From an uncultured Prevotellaceae bacterium (lineage in GTDB: Bacteria > Bacteroidota > Bacteroidia > Bacteroidales > Muribaculaceae), in contig CAMFSS010000001.1 of NCBI GenBank assembly GCA_945983195.1, forward strand, positions 1-32,722: a DNA stretch of 32,722 nt. The letters are read 5' to 3'. Positions 28,799 through 32,722 of the stretch are shown one piece after another. The notes below the pieces were generated by a model. The model did no database searches. It saw only the letters and a list, made by a program, of their open reading frames with translations, and had not been told where the DNA came from. The position numbers and the translations under genes are program-made. The first letter of the stretch is position 1, and each line of letters opens with the position of its first letter.

Positions 28799-28872
28799 GA
28801 TAATATAGGCTGCACTCGGTAAAAACAAATAAGCAAGCTTATTGTTTTTTACGCTCGTTTGCACTATATTTG
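28799..28872 (+). repeat. Dispersed fourth copy of the hairpin/promoter unit seen at 12913..13163
   Basis: The unit reads GATAATATAGGCTGCACTCGGTA, then a hairpin at 28821..28849, then ACGCTCGTTTGCAC-TATATTTG. Both flanks align with the tandem units, but the hairpin sequence is different. TATATTTG (28865..28872) is a -7 box 73 nt upstream of the amylase ATG. Confidence 0.7.
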
Positions 28873-28945
28873 CAAAATATTACATAAGGTACCTATGATT
28901 ACCCTGAAGAAATGAAAATTAATGACATAAACCCATCTGTTGATT

Positions 28946-31783
28946 ATGACACAAATTAAACAACTGATTATGTCGGTTGCCCTACTGCTGTGGGCTGCAA
29001 TCGGCTTCGCAGCTGAGATTGTCTACAGCGAGCCGGCAATCATTCAGCAAAGTTCGAAAGACATTGTGATTTACTTCAATGCTGCCGAAGGCACGGCAGG
29101 ATTGAAAGGCTACACCGGCGACGTGTATGCCCACACCGGAGTTATCACCTCGGAGAGCAATTCCGACTCCGACTGGAAGCACGCACCCTCATGGGGCGAC
29201 AACAGCGCGAAGTATAAGCTGACGATGGTGAGCACCGACCTCTGGAAGCTGAACGTCGGCGACCTGAAGACTTACTACAGCCTCAACAGCGGCGAAACGG
29301 TGAAGAAACTTGCATTCGTGTTCCGCAATGCCGACGGCTCAAAAGAGGGCAAGGCATCCGGCGGCAGCGACATCTTCCTCGATGTTTACCCCGACGGGCT
29401 GTCGGTGTCGCTCACAAGCTCAGCACCGAGCGGCGTGGTGACTGATGCCAACAGCAATGTCACGCTCACCGTCAACTCCACTCAAAGTGCAAACTTGAGC
29501 CTCTATATCAACGACATCAACACCACAGCCATTGCCACAGCAAGCAACAGCACCACTCTCACCAAGAGCTACACATTTGCCGTGGGCGACTACGATGTTA
29601 TCGCCAAGGCTGAAGCCGGCGGCAAGACGATGCTCGACACCATCGCCAACTGCCAGCGCTGCAATTCGGCGGCAAAGCCCGCGTCGGGCCCTTTGGTCCG
29701 GGGGGCCGCGGCAAATGCCGCCTCTACGCCCTATTCGGTCACTGTGCTCCTGGGTGCCTACAAAATTGCCGTCGGCTGCGTGACATTCTGCCTCTACGCC
29801 CCCAACAAGAGCAATGTGATTCTTGTGGGCGAATGGGACAACTACCGTGTGAAGAACTCGGGTGTGATGAACTACCAGGACAACAAATACTTCTGGCTCA
29901 CACTGCCTGCCGGAACTCTCGACATGAACAAACAATATGGCTACTACTTCATCGTTGATGACGAAATCACCGTTGCCGACCCATACGCAAAGATGGTGCT
30001 CGACCCCTGGAACGACAAGTGGATTAACGAAGGATATGAGCGATACCCCGATCTGAAGCCGTTCCCCACCGCCAAAGTGGGAACATTCGCCATCGCCGTG
30101 TTCCATGGCAACGGCGACGGCTACAAATGGAAAGTCACCAACTTCAAAGCTCCCGAAATGAGCAATCTCATGATATATGAGCTGCTTCTGCGCGACTTCA
30201 CTGAGGAACAGTGCCTTGAGAGCGCAATGGCAAAACTCGACTACCTCGACGAGCTTGGCGTGAACGCAATTGAGCTTATGCCTATCCAGGAATTCGACGG
30301 CAACAACTCATGGGGTTACAATCCGAACTTCTACTTTGCCCCCGACAAATACTACGGTTCGAGCACAATGTACAAGACGTTCATCGACGAGTGCCACAAG
30401 CGTGGCATAGCCGTGATTCTCGACATCGTGTTCAACCACACATGGGGTCAGCACCCATGGTGCAAAATGTACTGGGACGGCTCAAAGCCGGCTGCCAACA
30501 ACCCATTCTACAATGCCGACGCACCCCACAACTGGAGCGTGGGCAACGACTGGAAGCAGGAGTCGACCGCTGTGCAGAACTATCTGTGCGACGTGCTCAA
30601 ATACTGGCTCACAGAATACAAGATTGACGGCTACCGCTTCGACCTCGTGAAAGGACTTGGTGACTCCAACAGCTACAGCAGCGACTACGACGGCGGCAAA
30701 TACAACGCTTCGCGCGTGCGCAATATGAAACGCTTCATCGACGCCATCAAGAGCGTCAACAGCAATGCCTACTGCATTCTTGAAGGCTTCCTAAGCACCC
30801 AGGAGGAGAATGAGCTTGGAAACTACGGCGCAATGTCGTGGAAGAAGATGACCTACAACTACTCACAGGCAGCCAAGGGCACACAGAGCGGAAGCTCATT
30901 CAAGGGAATGTATCACGGCGACGAAAGCCGTCCGTTCGGCTCAATCGTGGGCTATCAGGAGAGCCACGACGAGCAGCGTGTGGCATACGAGCAGGTTAAC
31001 AACGGCTCTACCCAAGCCAAGAAGACAATCTACGGAATGCGCCGCCTCAGCGCAAACGCAGCATTCATGATTCTTGTGCCGGGTCCGAAGATGATTTGGC
31101 AATTCGGCGAAATGGGCTACGACATCAGCGGCGGCAACGGCGACACAAGCTCAAAGGAACCGCACTGGGAGTATCTCGACAATACCCACCGAAAAGGCTT
31201 GCACGACTGCTATGCCGAACTGCTGCACTTCCGTACCAACAACCCCGACCTCTTCTCGCAGGAGGCAGAATTCTACTGGAGTGTTGCCGACAGCAACTGG
31301 GACGCTACCGGCCGCTTCATCACCGCACGCAACCGCACCACAGGCAAGGAACTTGTGGTAGCCTACAACCCAGGTACTGCCACAAAGACCTACAACTACA
31401 CATTCGACAACCCACAGGGCACTTACTACATAGTGAGCAAGAGCCTCAATTCTGTAAACCCCGAAGTGAACGCCTCTGCCGGAACTATCAAGGTGCCTGC
31501 ACACAGCTATGTGGCAATCACCAACTTTGAATACAGCGGCGTGGAAGATGCCGAGATAGGCTCAAAGGCAACAAAACCTGCCATATTTGCAAACGGCAAC
31601 GGCGAAATCGTTGTGAAAGCCGATGATGTGAAGTCGATTGAGCTTTACTCAATCACTGGTCAGCTTGTGGCCCGCAACGCCGCACAGAACACCCTTTCGG
31701 CTAAAGGAATTGCCGCAGGAACCTACATCGTGCGTGCCATCACCCCACAAGGCGCGGTAACTACCAAGATAGCACTCCGCTAA
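28946..31783 (+). CDS. GH13 alpha-amylase-family glycoside hydrolase with N-terminal carbohydrate-binding-type domains and a C-terminal T9SS sorting domain
   Basis: The ORF has a signal peptide. GH13 regions include GVNAIELMPIQEF, ILDIVFNHT, DGYRFDLVKG and GYQESHDE. The C-terminal tail IELYSITGQLV..GTYIVRA..KIALR is CTD-like. The first ATG is at 28946. Confidence 0.85.
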   Translation: MTQIKQLIMSVALLLWAAIGFAAEIVYSEPAIIQQSSKDIVIYFNAAEGTAGLKGYTGDVYAHTGVITSESNSDSDWKHAPSWGDNSAKYKLTMVSTDLWKLNVGDLKTYYSLNSGETVKKLAFVFRNADGSKEGKASGGSDIFLDVYPDGLSVSLTSSAPSGVVTDANSNVTLTVNSTQSANLSLYINDINTTAIATASNSTTLTKSYTFAVGDYDVIAKAEAGGKTMLDTIANCQRCNSAAKPASGPLVRGAAANAASTPYSVTVLLGAYKIAVGCVTFCLYAPNKSNVILVGEWDNYRVKNSGVMNYQDNKYFWLTLPAGTLDMNKQYGYYFIVDDEITVADPYAKMVLDPWNDKWINEGYERYPDLKPFPTAKVGTFAIAVFHGNGDGYKWKVTNFKAPEMSNLMIYELLLRDFTEEQCLESAMAKLDYLDELGVNAIELMPIQEFDGNNSWGYNPNFYFAPDKYYGSSTMYKTFIDECHKRGIAVILDIVFNHTWGQHPWCKMYWDGSKPAANNPFYNADAPHNWSVGNDWKQESTAVQNYLCDVLKYWLTEYKIDGYRFDLVKGLGDSNSYSSDYDGGKYNASRVRNMKRFIDAIKSVNSNAYCILEGFLSTQEENELGNYGAMSWKKMTYNYSQAAKGTQSGSSFKGMYHGDESRPFGSIVGYQESHDEQRVAYEQVNNGSTQAKKTIYGMRRLSANAAFMILVPGPKMIWQFGEMGYDISGGNGDTSSKEPHWEYLDNTHRKGLHDCYAELLHFRTNNPDLFSQEAEFYWSVADSNWDATGRFITARNRTTGKELVVAYNPGTATKTYNYTFDNPQGTYYIVSKSLNSVNPEVNASAGTIKVPAHSYVAITNFEYSGVEDAEIGSKATKPAIFANGNGEIVVKADDVKSIELYSITGQLVARNAAQNTLSAKGIAAGTYIVRAITPQGAVTTKIALR

Positions 31784-31816
31784 CCGGCTTGCCACACACA
31801 AGGGCAAACCCCACCG

Positions 31817-31864
31817 AAAAAATCACCCCTGCCACGGCATTGTGAATGTTGTGGCAGGGGTGAT
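31817..31864 (-). terminator. Rho-independent terminator on the minus strand
   Basis: A perfect 14-bp stem pairs 31822..31835 with 31851..31864, with a 15-nt loop. On the minus strand it is followed by a T run (A run at 31817..31821 on the + strand). Confidence 0.7.
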
Positions 31865-31905
31865 TGCTACTGAAAGATTATCAGAGTCGGGGTATTCAAC
31901 ACCGT

Positions 31906-32001
31906 TCAGATAAACAAACACTCCACCCGATATCCCTCCTCGGCTCCGGCAATGGCGGCAATGCCTTGCAGCAACAAAGTTGCGCACAAAAATCTCTTCA
32001 T
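31906..32001 (-). CDS. Candidate 31-aa small protein with a signal-peptide-like N-terminus (MKRFLCATLLLQGIAAIAGAEEGYRVECLFI)
   Basis: The ATG at 32001 lies about 63 nt downstream of a minus-strand -7 box. The ORF ends 41 nt before the terminator at 31817..31864. I did not recognise any homology. Confidence 0.25.
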   Translation of the reverse strand: MKRFLCATLLLQGIAAIAGAEEGYRVECLFI

Positions 32002-32064
32002 ATACGTAAAAAAAATTTATTAGAAAATTTAATATTTTATATCGAAATGTAAGAAACAAGTGTA

Positions 32065-32072
32065 CAAATATA
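32065..32072 (-). promoter_or_regulatory. Candidate -7 box TATATTTG (minus strand) for the small transcription unit
   Basis: The reverse complement of caaatata matches TAnnTTTG. A TTG lies about 20 nt upstream on the same strand. Confidence 0.4.
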
Positions 32073-32181
32073 AGATTATTAGCGATATGGCACAATAGAA
32101 ACAAAGGACGCTACATCGCTTTTATCGACGCAACGCCCTAAAATGCCGTTAAAGTATATGCCATATAGTAATATTTAGCAC

Positions 32182-32722
32182 TCACAGCCCTATGCTGAAC
32201 GAAGGATGCTGCTTCTCACCCGGAATCCAAAGATTTTCAACCGTGAAAGTGAGCGGCTTACCTGCCTCAACGCTGATGTTGCGAGAGGTGAACGGACGCA
32301 ACTGGAACGGATTGCCTCCGCGTGTGAACAGGAACGTCATGGAGGTGTTATTTGTGAGCCGCACGATGCGCACACCCTTCTTATTGGTGCTCACCACCTC
32401 ATGGGTGACGCAGGCATTGAAAAAGTCGCGCACAAGCTGCTCATCGCCTGCCAAAGACCCATAGGCGTAGGCGAGCGTGCGATGTGCGAGCAGAGCCTCC
32501 TTTACCGCCTCAGGAGTGTTCTCTCTGGCGAGAATAAGGGTCATGTCGCGCTGCTGTCCGTTGACGCCATATACCGAAGCCGTGGCATTGTGAATGTCGG
32601 TGTTGGCAGCCATAAACAGCCCCTGCTCTTTTGCGCGATTAGCAACGCAAGGTTTATATTAGGGAACATTCATTATATCCATTCCGTCGATCAGCTTCAC
32701 GTCTAATTCGCTCTTCTCATAT
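32182..32722 (-). pseudogene. 3' part of a PHP-type metallo-phosphoesterase (possibly Sb-PDE-like), running off the window edge and interrupted by an in-frame TAA at 32659..32661
   Basis: ORF 32182..32613 (143 aa) contains the NTDIHN motif. The same frame stays open upstream to the window edge apart from one TAA (...LIDGMDIMNVP*YKPCVANRAKEQGLFMAANTDIHN...). The family assignment is from memory only. Confidence 0.5.

Noticed and set aside
29650-29801. The amylase has an atypical Cys/Ala-rich linker (NCQRCNSAAKPASGPLVRGAAANAAS...) containing a 12-nt direct repeat GCCTCTACGCCC (29720 and 29790). This could indicate a compensated frameshift or a duplication.
   Set aside because: Neither alternative frame gives a more protein-like or family-like translation. 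The repeat is short and is read in different frames. Inter-domain linkers vary widely.
31823-32104. A 93-aa minus-strand ORF is shown in the six-frame track.
   Set aside because: It starts upstream of the predicted -7 box, and its 3' end reads through both arms of the strong terminator hairpin. The shorter 31-codon frame fits the promoter and terminator geometry better.
1-32722. The in-frame stops could reflect stop-codon reassignment (an alternative genetic code).
   Set aside because: TAA, TAG and TGA each also end intact conserved genes at the expected length in this window (for example the T9SS protein, aroK, queG, the MBOAT and amt). All three codons occur among the internal stops.

Overview
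The window looks like chromosomal, mostly housekeeping DNA from a Bacteroidota (Bacteroidales-type) genome. Three things point to that taxon: many TAnnTTTG -7 promoter boxes upstream of genes, no Shine-Dalgarno sites, and two proteins with C-terminal T9SS sorting domains. Gene content in order is: tRNA-Tyr, ribH, a TPR protein, a PfkB kinase, a GH84 beta-N-acetylglucosaminidase, aroK, a DUF2723 membrane glycosyltransferase-like protein, a polysaccharide deacetylase, queG, frr, pyrH, an SGNH-hydrolase/MBOAT O-acyltransferase pair, cdd, a glucosaminidase lipoprotein, a T9SS-secreted choice-of-anchor-J-like protein, a higB remnant with higA, a large outer-membrane beta-barrel protein, an ammonium transporter, an LTA-synthase-like protein with an acyltransferase-3, a T9SS-secreted GH13 amylase, and the 3' part of a PHP-type phosphoesterase. 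I found no defence island, prophage, CRISPR array or other obvious new multi-gene system. The points worth a second look are these. (1) Four conserved genes are each interrupted only by in-frame stop codons, with no frameshift. (2) An ~84-nt unit is repeated three times in tandem upstream of the SGNH/MBOAT operon, and a fourth copy lies upstream of the amylase gene. Each unit has conserved flanks, a hairpin that varies in sequence but keeps its structure, and an embedded -33/-7 promoter. (3) A 5'-truncated higB toxin remnant sits directly upstream of an intact higA. (4) A promoter-to-terminator unit downstream of the ammonium transporter gene is a candidate sRNA. (5) A compact minus-strand unit encodes a 31-aa peptide with a signal-peptide-like N-terminus. 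All functional calls come from recognising motifs by eye, because no searches could be run.
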